Below are positions 63,549 to 64,000 of a stretch of 64,000 bases of DNA, one piece after another. The position numbers and the translations under genes were made by a program. The DNA comes from Hemiscyllium ocellatum (Eukaryota): positions 548,015-612,014 of the forward strand of contig NW_026867489.1 of NCBI RefSeq assembly GCF_020745735.1, given 5' to 3'. Positions within the stretch are counted from its first letter, which is position 1. Each line of letters begins with the position of its first letter. The notes beneath the pieces were generated by a model that had not been told where the DNA came from, did no database searches, and saw only the letters and a program-made list of their open reading frames with translations.

Positions 63549-64000
63549 CCGGAGAGTTAAACAGAATTGACGTTTCCAATAGAATTCAGAAATTCGAAAA
63601 TCTTGATTTCACGAATGTAGAATCACAATTTCTGGATCAGTAGGAAACAAGGAATCTCTCATTGTTTACAGAACTTTTCGGAATGCATGCAACTTGTGTT
63701 CACTCGAGTAACTTAATCGTTTAAATAAAAACAAAACTGACGAGAAAATCTGGGAAATTATTTGATTTGAGGTTGAAAATGAAACATTTCATTTGGAAAA
63801 GGCAAATCAGTGCAGGATGTATACACTTAATGATTAGATCTTAGAGAGTGTTGCTGAATTTAGGGATCTTGGAGTGCAGATTCATAGTTCCGTGAATGTG
63901 GAGTCTTAGGTAGATAGGTCCGTAAAAAAAAGTGTTTAGTATATTTTCTTTTGCTGGTCAGAACATTGAATATAGGAGTTGAGAGGTCATGTTGCGGGGG

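Overview
Eukaryotic genomic DNA from a cartilaginous fish (HE1-type tRNA SINEs, CR1 and Penelope retroelement debris, and several N runs), most likely part of the T-cell receptor alpha/delta locus. On the minus strand are two complete NAR-TCR-type cassettes (about 14.0-10.1 kb and 49.6-44.9 kb). Each reads leader, IgNAR-like V with 23-RSS, 12-D-12, 23-J (GPGTVVTVTA), then a leaderless 'supporting' Vdelta with a CDR1 cysteine. The two cassettes sit in a ~20 kb segmental duplication (1005-20830 and 35697-56407). A third, decayed V+J cassette at 21.5-22.2 kb has no supporting V. The most unusual feature: each supporting Vdelta is followed by four tandem, same-orientation RSS units (periods 61/61/58 bp) instead of one. 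In copy 2, one extra unit is a perfect consensus 23-RSS, and the V reading frame stays open to the second RSS. Also present: a frameshifted two-exon GPR139-like GPCR, two further GPR139-like pseudogenes, a possible 7TM receptor relic, Penelope ends with minimal hammerhead motifs, and a tandem pair of decayed tRNA-Pro(CGG)-like genes with an 18-nt insert at the canonical intron position. All calls are by-eye reading and family knowledge; no searches were run.
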